DNA of 64,000 nt from Bacteroidota bacterium (lineage in GTDB: Bacteria; Bacteroidota; Bacteroidia; J057; JAJTIE01), in assembly GCA_021300195.1 (NCBI GenBank), contig JAJTIE010000021.1, positions 2,120-66,119 of the forward strand. Direction: 5' to 3'. The notes below the pieces were generated by a model, which made no database searches, had not been told where the DNA came from, and was given only the letters and a program-made list of their open reading frames with translations. Of the stretch, positions 29,063 to 38,496 are shown piece after piece. Made by a program: the position numbers and the translations under genes. Each line of letters opens with the position of its first letter. The stretch's first letter is position 1.

Positions 29063-29524
29063 ATGCCCCACGTACGCCCGGCCAACCCTGCCGATATGCC
29101 CAGGCTGGCAGATCTATTTGTGCAGTATCTGGCTTTTTATGGCATAGCCAGAAGTTTGAACGAAGCAGAAGACTATTTACTGGCTCGGATGGAGCAGGCA
29201 CAGAGCGTGATACTGGTGGCCGAGGCAGACGGAACCCTAGCAGCCTTTGTACAACTATACCCCGGCTGGAGCAGCACCCGCATGGCCCCGCTGTGGATAC
29301 TAAATGACCTGTATGTAGCCCCTGCACAGCGGGGTACCGGGCTAGGGCGTGCACTGGTGCAGGCCGCACAGCAGCACTGTGTGCACACCGGTGCCATAGA
29401 GCTGACACTGGAAACAGCCGTGGACAATGTGCAAGGCAACGCCCTATACCAAGCCGAAGGCTTTTACCCCGTGGCAGGCGTAAATTTCTACCGATGGAAC
29501 CCACCGGCCTTGGGCAGCAAGTAG
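29063..29524 (+). CDS. GNAT family N-acetyltransferase
   Basis: The acetyl-CoA binding motif is VAPAQRGTGLGRALV. Confidence 0.8.
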   Translation: MPHVRPANPADMPRLADLFVQYLAFYGIARSLNEAEDYLLARMEQAQSVILVAEADGTLAAFVQLYPGWSSTRMAPLWILNDLYVAPAQRGTGLGRALVQAAQQHCVHTGAIELTLETAVDNVQGNALYQAEGFYPVAGVNFYRWNPPALGSK

Positions 29525-30390
29525 CGGAGCGCCTGGCCCAGCGGCTGCCGCCACAGCCAGTTACGCGCCTGGCCCCTAGCCCCACGGGCTACCTGCACAT
29601 GGGGCACCTGGTGCACGCCCTGTACGTGTTCGGCCTGGCTGGCAGGCTGGGCATAGCAGTCCAGCTGCGCATGGAAGACCATGACCGCCAGCGCTGCAGG
29701 CACGAGTATGCACGGGCCATAGAAGAAGATTTTGCCTGGCTGGGCCTAACAGGGCCGGGCCGGCCCTGGCAGTACCAAAGCCAGCGGAAAGCCCTGTATA
29801 CCCAGGCCCTTGCGGGCCTGCCGGTATATGCCTGCCACTGCAGCCGCAGCGAGATACTGGCACGTACGGGGCGGGACAGCGCGGACGAACTAGGGTACGA
29901 CGGACACTGCCGACACAAGAGCCTGGATAGAGCCGGTGCGGCCCTAAGGCTGCAGATACCCGATACAAAGGTGCTATTTGAAGACCTGCGGCTAGGGCCC
30001 CAGCAGCAGTGCCCAGCCAGCCAGTGTGGAGACCTGCTGCTGTACGACCGAAACGGGAATGAAACCTACCAGTGGGCCGTGGCGGTAGACGACCTGGCGG
30101 TGAATGTAGTGATCCGGGGAGAAGACCTGCTGGCCAGCACAGGACGCCAGCTGCTACTGCGGCGCATGCTGGGCCAAGACGAGCCTATGGTGTGGCTACA
30201 CCACCCCCTGCTGTACGAGCCTGGTACGAGCCAGAAGCTGAGCAAACGGCAGCACAGCGAAAGCCTGCGCCAGCGCAAAGAAAAAGGGGCCTTGGCCCCT
30301 GTATTACTTGGCGAAGCAGCCCACTTGGCTGGGCTAATCCCCCGGCCCAAAGCCTTGGCAGCCTCGGAAATTGCCAGCCTGTTCAGCTGA
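29494..30390 (+). CDS. gluQ: glutamyl-Q tRNA(Asp) synthetase
   Basis: RLAPSPTGYLHMGH (HIGH), KLSKR (KMSKS-like), and a truncated GluRS length of about 300 aa. It overlaps the GNAT gene by 31 nt. Confidence 0.8.
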   Translation: MEPTGLGQQVAERLAQRLPPQPVTRLAPSPTGYLHMGHLVHALYVFGLAGRLGIAVQLRMEDHDRQRCRHEYARAIEEDFAWLGLTGPGRPWQYQSQRKALYTQALAGLPVYACHCSRSEILARTGRDSADELGYDGHCRHKSLDRAGAALRLQIPDTKVLFEDLRLGPQQQCPASQCGDLLLYDRNGNETYQWAVAVDDLAVNVVIRGEDLLASTGRQLLLRRMLGQDEPMVWLHHPLLYEPGTSQKLSKRQHSESLRQRKEKGALAPVLLGEAAHLAGLIPRPKALAASEIASLFS

Positions 30391-30426
30391 ACAAAATGGC
30401 CGAAAGCTCCGCCAGCCAGCGTGCCG

Positions 30427-30600
30427 CTACTTGGCGGCAGCAGCCTTCTTGGCGGGTGCCTTTTTCTTCTCGGCAGGGCTTTTGGCCACCACAGCCTCGG
30501 CCTGTGCGGCTACAGGCTTGCTACGCTTGCGCAGGCGGGTTTTGCCAAAGCTGCCCAACCAGATTTTCCCTTTGCGAGAACGACGATCTCCTCTTCCCAT
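30427..30600 (-). CDS. 30S ribosomal protein bTHX (not in the supplied ORF track)
   Basis: Manual translation gives MGRGDRRSRKGKIWLGSFGKTRLRKRSKPVAAQAEAVVAKSPAEKKKAPAKKAAAAK*, 57 codons. The N-terminus matches the Thx signature. Confidence 0.75.
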   Translation of the reverse strand: MGRGDRRSRKGKIWLGSFGKTRLRKRSKPVAAQAEAVVAKSPAEKKKAPAKKAAAAK

Positions 30601-30654
30601 GGATGCGGTATATTAGTTACGTGAATAAGTAAACAGAATCTAAAATTAGCGCGA

Positions 30655-30662
30655 CAAAGCTA
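30655..30662 (-). promoter_or_regulatory. candidate -7 box TAGCTTTG upstream of bTHX
   Basis: Minus-strand TAGCTTTG is a perfect TAnnTTTG, 55-62 nt upstream of the ATG at 30600. Confidence 0.3.
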
Positions 30663-30692
30663 AAAAGGCAACAGAAAAGGGGTACAAATGCC

Positions 30693-31760
30693 CTATACTT
30701 CGGCATTAGCGGCAGCATCGCTTTCTGAGTTTGTGCTGGCCGCCGGCGCTACGGCAGCGGTTCGGTTCGGCTCCTCCGCATCGTCGTCCTCCGTGTTTAT
30801 CTCCACCTCGGGGCGTGGCTTCGGCTTGCTTCTTACCCTGCCTGCAAATAGGTCGGCGTAGAACCTGGCATCCGGATAATCCGTCAGCCTGAACTTGCGC
30901 TCTTCGGGCTCTTCTGCAAAACCGGCTGCCGTCAGGCCCCGCACAATGGGTTTGGGGCTTTTGGTACCAAATATATCTTGCGAAGAATGATCAGTAGCTT
31001 GCTTCAAGATGAGGGTAAGCTGGTCGCTGTTATAGTCCTTAAACAGATTGAAGTTCTCGCGCATCCGTGCAGCCATTTTTGCAGCATCCTCCTCGGTAGG
31101 GGTATAGCTGGCTGTGCGCCCGGGCTTATCCCGCTGGTCGCGCCTGCTACCCGTACGGCCATCGCGTGCATTGCGGCTATCCTTGCGCTCCTCTCCCGCC
31201 TGCTCCGCTCGTGGCTCGCGCTGGGGTCTGTTCTGTTCGCGCTTATCCCTTTGCTCTGCCGGGCGCTCATTGCGCCTATCATTCCGCTCTCTGCCGGGCT
31301 GCTCCCGGCCTCTTTCTCGGCCACGCGCTTCGCCCCGGCCCGTTCGGCTATCGCCACTGCCCAGGCTTATGTTCTCTACAGCTATGCCCTGCGCCTCCAG
31401 AAAGGTCTGCGTACTGCCGAGGCCCTTGCCTTCAAAGACAAAAAGGATCTTGTTGTACTCGCCGCGCTTGGCAAATTCGTAGATCACACTGCAGCTCATG
31501 TAGTTGCTGAAGTTGCGCTCGGCCTGCGGAACCTTGTGTACATACGTTTTGTAGCGCTTCTGCAGGTCCTCCAGCAGTACACCCGATGCCTTTCGGGCGT
31601 AGATAAAGAGCTCGGGGTTATTCTTTCCCTGCAGGAAAGAAAGATCTGTGAGCAATGGGGCTACCCGATCCCAGTCGAACACCACCATTGTTTTGTTTCC
31701 GGCTTTGTGGGCAGTCTTAGTCTTATCTGCCGAGCCGCCCAAAAATTTAAATATTCCCAT
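30693..31760 (-). CDS. hypothetical protein with central Arg/Glu/Asp-rich disordered region
   Basis: 355 aa. Folded-looking N-terminal domain (MVVFDWDRV...ILFVFEGKG...GIAVENI), then about 90 aa of RGRERGREQPGRERNDRRNERPAEQRDKREQNRPQREPRAEQ, then a C-terminal domain and acidic tail. Confidence 0.6.
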   Translation of the reverse strand: MGIFKFLGGSADKTKTAHKAGNKTMVVFDWDRVAPLLTDLSFLQGKNNPELFIYARKASGVLLEDLQKRYKTYVHKVPQAERNFSNYMSCSVIYEFAKRGEYNKILFVFEGKGLGSTQTFLEAQGIAVENISLGSGDSRTGRGEARGRERGREQPGRERNDRRNERPAEQRDKREQNRPQREPRAEQAGEERKDSRNARDGRTGSRRDQRDKPGRTASYTPTEEDAAKMAARMRENFNLFKDYNSDQLTLILKQATDHSSQDIFGTKSPKPIVRGLTAAGFAEEPEERKFRLTDYPDARFYADLFAGRVRSKPKPRPEVEINTEDDDAEEPNRTAAVAPAASTNSESDAAANAEV

Positions 31761-31868
31761 GGGTTTTCTATGTTAGATGCCCCATGTGCCTGAAGAACAA
31801 ACAAACGCAAGACAAAAGACAAAACCTGCCTTTTATCCGAGTATGTACGCTCGTTTACGTTTACCCGC

Positions 31869-32117
31869 TTACTTCTTGTTTTTGCCGTAGCGGGCAAAGA
31901 ACTTGTCTACCCGGCCAGCTGTGTCCACAAACTGCTGCTTGCCGGTAAAGTAGGGGTGCGAACGGCTGGAAATGTCCAGCTTAACCAGGGGGTACTCGGT
32001 ACCATCCAGCTGGATGGTTTCCCTGGTTTTTATGGTAGACTTACCGATAAAAGTAAAGTCGCTGGATACATCCTTAAAAACGACTTCTTTATACTCGGGG
32101 TGAATGCCTTTCTTCAT
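31869..32117 (-). CDS. rpmE: 50S ribosomal protein L31, type B (no CxxC)
   Basis: MKKGIHPEYKEVVFKD...SSRSHPYFTGKQQFVDTAGRVDKF. Confidence 0.95.
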   Translation of the reverse strand: MKKGIHPEYKEVVFKDVSSDFTFIGKSTIKTRETIQLDGTEYPLVKLDISSRSHPYFTGKQQFVDTAGRVDKFFARYGKNKK

Positions 32118-32490
32118 AACACACGGATGTTTAAGCCTGCGAAGTTACCGGATGCCGGGTAAGTACGCAATACACAGATCGAAAAAAACACTAATTTTAG
32201 CTTATCCTGCCATACAGATTGAACGCAAATCATTGATTTGTAGCAAACTAAAAATAGATCGGGCTAGCAATCAGCCGCCACACCGAGCGCAAACCCTATT
32301 GGGCCAAACTGCCTGGCCGCGCGCGCGAACGCGCGAAACCGAGATGATTCGAACCTGTTAGCGGTTCAAATTGTTGTGCGCTCTGCGGGCTACGAATGCC
32401 CGGGGAGCAAATTGGGTGTCCCAAGTGGCACCGTTGCTTTGCACGCTCATTACTTTTAACTATCACACTAGTCTATACCACACCCATCCG

Positions 32491-33264
32491 ATGACACAGA
32501 CACCTGATACACAAGCGGCTGAGCTACAGCCAAACGAGGACATAAATCTGCAGACTGCTTTCGCAAGGATTGTGGAGCGTAGGCGCTCATGCCGGCTGTT
32601 TGAGCCAGAGCCTATGCCCGAAGTACTGCTGAGGAAGGCCCTGCACGAGGCCACCCTGAGTGCAAACAGCAGCAATATGCAAACCTGGGAGTTCCACTGG
32701 GTGCGCACACCTGAGCTGAAAGCCAAGATAGCCGAGGCTTGCATGAGCCAGCCGGGTGCGGTGTCGGCACCCGACCTGATTGTGCTGGTATATCGGCGTA
32801 GCAAGTATAAAGCCCATACGCGCTTTATGCTAGAATACCTGAAGCAGAACCTACCGGCAAATACCCCCCCATCCAAGCGAAAGGAGCGCTTTGCCTACTA
32901 TGAAAAGCTGATGCCTCTGCTATATTGGCAGGATTTCTTCGGACTAAAGGGGTACCTACTAAAACCCTTTTTCAGCTTTCAGGGACTTTTCAAGCCCACC
33001 TTCCGACAAACCCTCAAGGCCGATTTGCGCATCATGGGGCACAAGAGCCTGGCACTGGCCGGGCAGACGCTGATGCTGTCGATAGCGGCTGCGGGATACG
33101 ACTCGCTGCCCATGGAGGGTCTGGATACCGCCCGCATAAAGAAAGTACTGGGCCTGCGCGGCTGCGAGGTGAGCTGGGTGCTGGCAGTGGGCAAGGGCAA
33201 ACCCGAGGGACTGTATGGCCCCCGCATACGCGTGCCCGAAGAGCAGGTAATTTTTACCTACTAG
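32491..33264 (+). CDS. nitroreductase family protein
   Basis: Start at the ATG at 32491. RRSCRLFEP...A.LSANSSNMQ.W.F is the nitroreductase N-terminal FMN-binding signature. Confidence 0.8.
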   Translation: MTQTPDTQAAELQPNEDINLQTAFARIVERRRSCRLFEPEPMPEVLLRKALHEATLSANSSNMQTWEFHWVRTPELKAKIAEACMSQPGAVSAPDLIVLVYRRSKYKAHTRFMLEYLKQNLPANTPPSKRKERFAYYEKLMPLLYWQDFFGLKGYLLKPFFSFQGLFKPTFRQTLKADLRIMGHKSLALAGQTLMLSIAAAGYDSLPMEGLDTARIKKVLGLRGCEVSWVLAVGKGKPEGLYGPRIRVPEEQVIFTY

Positions 33265-33624
33265 CTAGCGAAGCGTAGGGCGAAATAAACCATGCCACGC
33301 TTCCACTATTTCCCGCTTTGCAAGTTCCCTCAGTTCGGGTAGCGTAGTGCATGGCCCTGTACTAAGTGTGGGCAAGACGGCTTGGGTAGTTAGCCAGATG
33401 CTGTTTTCTGCGGAATAAAGCCGCCGTCAGATCACAAAAAATCTGGCAGTAGCAAAGTTGGTTCAAAAGTAGTGGGCTGGAGATTCTATTACTGTCTTAG
33501 GCCGGAAAAGCAATTTTTTGTAACTTTGTAGGTATCCTATTGAGGATAAAAAAATATAATATTCTAAATATTAGCGGACCGAATCTTACGCTACGCCCGG
33601 AATAATACCAATCAGGACACAAAA

Positions 33625-34974
33625 ATGAAGCCCAACTATTTTTTCCTTAGTACAGCTGGTCCTGTTCAGCCTCTGTTCTTTCTGTTTCTGCTTTTTTCTA
33701 CCACCCAGGGCCTTGCACAGACCTGCACACCGAGCTTTATTGTGAGCTGCAACCGGGATAGCATTGTACACGATGGCAAGTTCAGAAAGTTTATTATGTA
33801 CGAACCCGACAGCTACGACGGAACGGTAGCCTACCCGCTGGTTATCAGCCTGCACGGTGGCAGCGGGAACATGGTAAATGCGCAAGGTTTCAGCCGGCTT
33901 AACCCCTGGGCCAATACCAAAGGCTATCTGGTAGCCTGGCCGCAGGGCTATGCCACCGTGGTCTCACCGCTAGGAAACGGCTACACCTGGGCCGACGGAC
34001 GAAACACCAACGCCGACCAGGCAGGTATAGATGACGTAGGCTTCCTGCTAAACCTGGTAGACAGCCTGAAGGAGCAGTATAACATAGACACCAACCGGGT
34101 GTATCTGTGTGGCTTTTCGAATGGAGGCTTTATGGTGCAGCGTATGGCCTGCCAGGCACCCGAGCGCTTTGCGGCTATGGCCAGCCTGGGCGCAGCGCAG
34201 GGGGTAGACAACTTTGCCCTCTGTCAACCCTCCAAGCCCGTGCCGATGGCATTTTTAAACGGTACTGCCGACCCCGAAATGCCCTACGAGGGCGGGGCCA
34301 TGCGAAACGAACTAACACAAGACGCGGCACCCACCGAAGAGGTAGTACAGTTCTGGGTAGAGCATAACCAGTGCCAGACTAAGCTGGATACTGTATTTGT
34401 GCCCGAATCTGCAGTGGTAGATAACTCCAGCGTAAAGATAATAGCGTATACAGGCTGCGCCTGCAATGCCCATGTTAAGCTCTACAAGATTATAGGCGGG
34501 GGGCATACCTGGCCCGGGGTATTTGTTGGCCAGCAAAATTTGCTGGGCTTTACGAATAGAGATATAAATGGGAGCGAAGAGCTGCTGGACTACTTTAGCC
34601 AGTTTAGCCGCTGTAGCCTGCCACCGCCTCCGGCAGAAAACTGCAGCGAACCCTGTACCAGCTGTGGCTGCGAGGCCTGTAAATGCGAGGGCAACGCCTG
34701 TGTGTGCGACACGGGCACCACCGTTGCCCGCACCGCGCCCGGCCACGTCTTACCAGTGCGCCTGTACCCCAATCCCGCCCATACCGAACTAAAACTGCAA
34801 CTCTCCACACCTGGCACCGTGCACTATAGGCTGGTCAATGCATTTGGGCAAACGGTGCAGCAGGGCCAGGTGGCAGATCAGCAGATCCCACTTGCCGGGC
34901 TAGCCTCAGGCCTGTACGTTGTTCGCCTCAGGCAGGGTTCGCTAGAAGCGGCCCACTCCTTTCACAAGGAGTAG
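33625..34974 (+). CDS. secreted PHB-depolymerase-family esterase with Cys-rich linker and T9SS C-terminal sorting domain
   Basis: Signal peptide, LVISLHGGSG, nucleophile elbow CGFSNGGFM and GGGHTWPG. C-terminal LYPNPAHTELKLQL...GLYVVRL is a T9SS CTD. Confidence 0.8.
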   Translation: MKPNYFFLSTAGPVQPLFFLFLLFSTTQGLAQTCTPSFIVSCNRDSIVHDGKFRKFIMYEPDSYDGTVAYPLVISLHGGSGNMVNAQGFSRLNPWANTKGYLVAWPQGYATVVSPLGNGYTWADGRNTNADQAGIDDVGFLLNLVDSLKEQYNIDTNRVYLCGFSNGGFMVQRMACQAPERFAAMASLGAAQGVDNFALCQPSKPVPMAFLNGTADPEMPYEGGAMRNELTQDAAPTEEVVQFWVEHNQCQTKLDTVFVPESAVVDNSSVKIIAYTGCACNAHVKLYKIIGGGHTWPGVFVGQQNLLGFTNRDINGSEELLDYFSQFSRCSLPPPPAENCSEPCTSCGCEACKCEGNACVCDTGTTVARTAPGHVLPVRLYPNPAHTELKLQLSTPGTVHYRLVNAFGQTVQQGQVADQQIPLAGLASGLYVVRLRQGSLEAAHSFHKE

Positions 34975-35222
34975 AAATAAGACTGCCTGCGGGCAATCAA
35001 CCCCCAAGTCAGCCCTGCCCAACGCCTGGCCGCATACGTATGGGCAGCAACCTTGGCCGCTGCGTATAGGCAATTTTATCCGCCATCTCGCGCCCGGTAG
35101 GCTTGAGATGGGAAGGGCTTTAGTATCTTGGGGCACTGTATCGCGAGCCTGGGGAGTTGGCATGTTTCTTCGTGTACATTTCCCCAGGGGCCCAAACACT
35201 GCTCCATAAAATACCCCCACCA

Positions 35223-36797
35223 ATGTCTGAAGCCAAAACCTTACCTAAAAAGGCGCTTCCCCCCACTGAGAAGCTGCACGCCAAGCAGGCCGAAGCCCTA
35301 CTGGGCGGCGGCGAAGCCCGCATAAAAGCCCAGCACGAAAAAGGCAAGCTGACCGCCCGCGAACGGGTGGAGCTGCTGATGGACCCCGGAACGTTCCAGG
35401 AAATAGGCATGCTGGTAACCCACCGCAGCAGCGAGTTTGGGCTGGAAAAGCAGAAGTATCTGGGCGACGGGGTAGTAACCGGCTATGGCAAGGTAAATGG
35501 CCGACTGGTGTATGTGTTTAGCCAGGATTTTACGGTATTTGGTGGCTCGCTGAGCGAAACACATGCCGAGAAGATCTGCAAAATCATGGACCTGGCGCTA
35601 CAAAACGGCGCGCCTGTGCTGGGCCTGAACGACAGCGGCGGCGCACGCATACAGGAGGGGGTGGTAAGCCTGGGCGGCTATGCCGACATTTTCTTCCGAA
35701 ACACCCGCGCCAGTGGCATCATCCCGCAGATATCCGCCATTATGGGGCCCTGTGCGGGTGGGGCCGTGTATAGCCCCGCCATTACAGACTTTACGCTGAT
35801 GGTGGAAGACAGCAGCTACATGTTTGTAACCGGCCCGAATGTGGTGAAAACCGTAACCCACGAGGACGTAAGCAGCGAGGAACTGGGCGGGGCCAGCGCC
35901 CACAGCACAAAGAGTGGGGTAACCCACCTGACCGCTACCGACGATGTGGATGCCATACGCCAGCTGAAGCGGCTGCTAAGCTACATGCCCCAGAACTGCG
36001 AGAGCCTGCCACCCCGCTATGCCTGTAGCCAGGACCCAAGCGCCAAGGTGCCCGAGCTGAACAGCCTGGTGCCCCAAAACCCAAACCAGCCCTATGACAT
36101 AAAGGATGCCATCCGGCTGGTGGCAGACGAGGGTTCCTTCTACGAGATACACAAAGACTTTGCCGAAAACCTGGTAGTGGGCTTTGCCCGCCTGGATGGC
36201 CGCCCCATCGGCATTGTGGCAAACCAGCCTGCGGTGCTGGCTGGCGTGCTGGACATAAACTGTAGCCGAAAGGGTGCACGCTTTGTGCGCTTCTGCGACT
36301 GTTTCAACATCCCCCTGCTGGTGTTTGAGGACGTACCGGGCTTCCTGCCAGGCACAGACCAGGAGTGGAACGGCATCATAACCAACGGGGCCAAGCTGCT
36401 GTATGCCTTCAGCGAGGCCACGGTGCCCCGCATAACCGTTATTACGCGCAAGGCCTACGGCGGAGCCTATGATGTGATGAACAGCAAGCACATAGGTGCC
36501 GACCTGAACTATGCCTGGCCTACGGCAGAGATAGCCGTAATGGGGGCCAAGGGGGCGGCGGAGATTATCTTCCGCAAAGAGATAGCCGAAGCCGAAGAGC
36601 CCGAAGCCAAACTGGCCGAAAAAGTAGAAGAGTACACCCGCAAGTTTGCCAACCCCTACCGCGCGGCCAACCGGGGCTTTATCGATGAGGTGATCCTGCC
36701 CGAAGACACCCGAGCCAAACTGATCGTGGCCTTTGAGATGCTGGAGAACAAGGCGGTGCAGCCCCCCCGCCGCAAGCACGGCAATATACCCCTGTAA
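35223..36797 (+). CDS. acyl-CoA (propionyl-/methylmalonyl-CoA) carboxyltransferase subunit
   Basis: Start at the ATG at 35223. [39 protein letters not shown] and AYGGAYDVM are carboxyltransferase signatures. Confidence 0.9.
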   Translation: MSEAKTLPKKALPPTEKLHAKQAEALLGGGEARIKAQHEKGKLTARERVELLMDPGTFQEIGMLVTHRSSEFGLEKQKYLGDGVVTGYGKVNGRLVYVFSQDFTVFGGSLSETHAEKICKIMDLALQNGAPVLGLNDSGGARIQEGVVSLGGYADIFFRNTRASGIIPQISAIMGPCAGGAVYSPAITDFTLMVEDSSYMFVTGPNVVKTVTHEDVSSEELGGASAHSTKSGVTHLTATDDVDAIRQLKRLLSYMPQNCESLPPRYACSQDPSAKVPELNSLVPQNPNQPYDIKDAIRLVADEGSFYEIHKDFAENLVVGFARLDGRPIGIVANQPAVLAGVLDINCSRKGARFVRFCDCFNIPLLVFEDVPGFLPGTDQEWNGIITNGAKLLYAFSEATVPRITVITRKAYGGAYDVMNSKHIGADLNYAWPTAEIAVMGAKGAAEIIFRKEIAEAEEPEAKLAEKVEEYTRKFANPYRAANRGFIDEVILPEDTRAKLIVAFEMLENKAVQPPRRKHGNIPL

Positions 36798-36813
36798 GGT
36801 ACACCCCTATACC

Positions 36814-37911
36814 ATGAGCTACAACACCTTTGGCCGCCAGTTTCGCATCACCACCTATGGCGAGAGCCATGGGCGGGGCATCGGGGTCGTCATAGACGGC
36901 TGCCCGGCCGGCCTGCACATAGATGAATCGTTTATCCAGGCCGAGCTAGACCGCCGCCGCCCGGGCCAGAGTGCCATCGTTACCCAGCGCAAGGAGGACG
37001 ACCGGGTAGAGATCCTGTCGGGCGTATACGGTGGCATCACCACCGGCACCCCCATTGCCCTGCATATAGCCAACCAGGACCCGAAGAGCCAGGACTACGA
37101 CCACCTGAAAGACACCTACCGCCCCAGCCATGCCGACTATACCTACCAGGCCAAGTATGGCCACCGAGACCACCGGGGCGGCGGGCGCAGCAGTGCGCGC
37201 GAAACAGCAGCGCGTGTGGCCGCCGGGGCGGTGGCTAGGCTGCTCCTGCAGCAGCACACCGGTATACGGCTAGCTGCCTGGGTACACAGCGTGGGCAGCA
37301 TAGCCATGCCCGAGCTGAACGCCCTGCCAGACCCCGCCGCCATAGAGGCCAACCCCGTGCGCTGCCCCGATGCCACCACCGCCGCTGAAATGGAGGCCCT
37401 CATCCGCCAGGTGCGAAAGGAGGGCGACACCATTGGCGGCATCGTAGCGGGGCGCATAGAGGGAGTGCCTACGGGCCTGGGCGAACCCGTGTTTGACAAG
37501 CTTCACGCGGCCCTGGCCCATGCCCTCATGGGCATCCATGCGGCCAAGGGCTTTGAGTACGGCAGCGGCTTTGCCGGCACCCACATGCGGGGCAGCCAGC
37601 ACAACGACCACTACTACCAAGAGGCAGGGCGGATACGAACCCACACCAACCAGAGCGGCGGCATCCAGGGTGGCATCAGCAACGGAGAACCCATCTACTT
37701 CAAGCTTGGCTTCAAGCCCATTGCCACCCTGATGCAGGAGCAACCTACGGTGAACACCGCCGGGCAACCGGCTAGCGTGGCGGGCCGGGGCCGCCACGAC
37801 CCCTGCGTGCTGCCCCGGGCCGTAGCGATAGTGGAAAGCATGTGCGCACTGGTGCTGGCCGACTTCTGGCTCAGGGCGCGGCTAGACCGGCTGGGGCCTG
37901 CCAGCTACTAA
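36814..37911 (+). CDS. aroC: chorismate synthase
   Basis: MSYNTFGRQFRITTYGESHG from the ATG at 36814. Also RPGQS, GGGRSSARETA and GRHDPCV. Confidence 0.95.
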   Translation: MSYNTFGRQFRITTYGESHGRGIGVVIDGCPAGLHIDESFIQAELDRRRPGQSAIVTQRKEDDRVEILSGVYGGITTGTPIALHIANQDPKSQDYDHLKDTYRPSHADYTYQAKYGHRDHRGGGRSSARETAARVAAGAVARLLLQQHTGIRLAAWVHSVGSIAMPELNALPDPAAIEANPVRCPDATTAAEMEALIRQVRKEGDTIGGIVAGRIEGVPTGLGEPVFDKLHAALAHALMGIHAAKGFEYGSGFAGTHMRGSQHNDHYYQEAGRIRTHTNQSGGIQGGISNGEPIYFKLGFKPIATLMQEQPTVNTAGQPASVAGRGRHDPCVLPRAVAIVESMCALVLADFWLRARLDRLGPASY

Positions 37912-38455
37912 GGCTCACAGTCTGGGCGGCGGGGTGCAGCCGCAGTGCGTACAGCACGGGCCGCGCGGTGCCTCCGCCGCCCGCCTGCGGCTCGGCCCGC
38001 CACAGCAGCTGCTCAAAGGTAGCTGCGCTGGGCGTGCCCAGCCGCAGCCGCAGCAGCTGGCCCAGCTGGTCAAAAAGCTGCTGGGCGTAGTACGATTGGT
38101 CTGTATGCAGCTGTAGCAGGGTGGCACTACAGCGATCGCTGCCGATAGGCAGGGTAAATACCGAAAAACGCCAGCTCAGGTCTCGCTGCACCTTCTGCTG
38201 CCAGTAGTAACCCAAGCTATCGTGGCTCGCTCCCACCGGAACCTGGTCTATCCGGCTGCCAATGGGATACTGATCCAGTGCAGTACCCGTCGTTTTGCGC
38301 AGCACCTGCTGTAGGCTGTCGGCCAGTGGGGCCTCTACGGCACACTGCGTCAGCCCAAACAGGCACAAGAAAACGAATGGGCGGACAAAGCGGGAAACAA
38401 CAAGCCCGAAAGTCCCATGCCCATTCCCGGCTAAGCCGTATAAACACCTGTACAT
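37871..38455 (-). CDS. hypothetical (possible lipoprotein)
   Basis: Hydrophobic N-terminus FVFLCLFGLTQC. Overlaps the aroC 3' end by 41 nt. No recognised domain. Confidence 0.4.
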   Translation of the reverse strand: MYRCLYGLAGNGHGTFGLVVSRFVRPFVFLCLFGLTQCAVEAPLADSLQQVLRKTTGTALDQYPIGSRIDQVPVGASHDSLGYYWQQKVQRDLSWRFSVFTLPIGSDRCSATLLQLHTDQSYYAQQLFDQLGQLLRLRLGTPSAATFEQLLWRAEPQAGGGGTARPVLYALRLHPAAQTVSLSSWQAPAGLAAP

Positions 38456-38496
38456 AGGCCGAATATGCCTAAATTAACGCAAAAAATAGCGTCGTC

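Noticed and set aside
32346-32355. A GGTTCGAATC (T-loop-like) sequence on the minus strand hints at a tRNA in the long spacer.
   Set aside because: The flanking 5-mers (acagg / catct) cannot form a T-stem, because only 3 of 5 pairs match. I could build no acceptor or anticodon arms around it.
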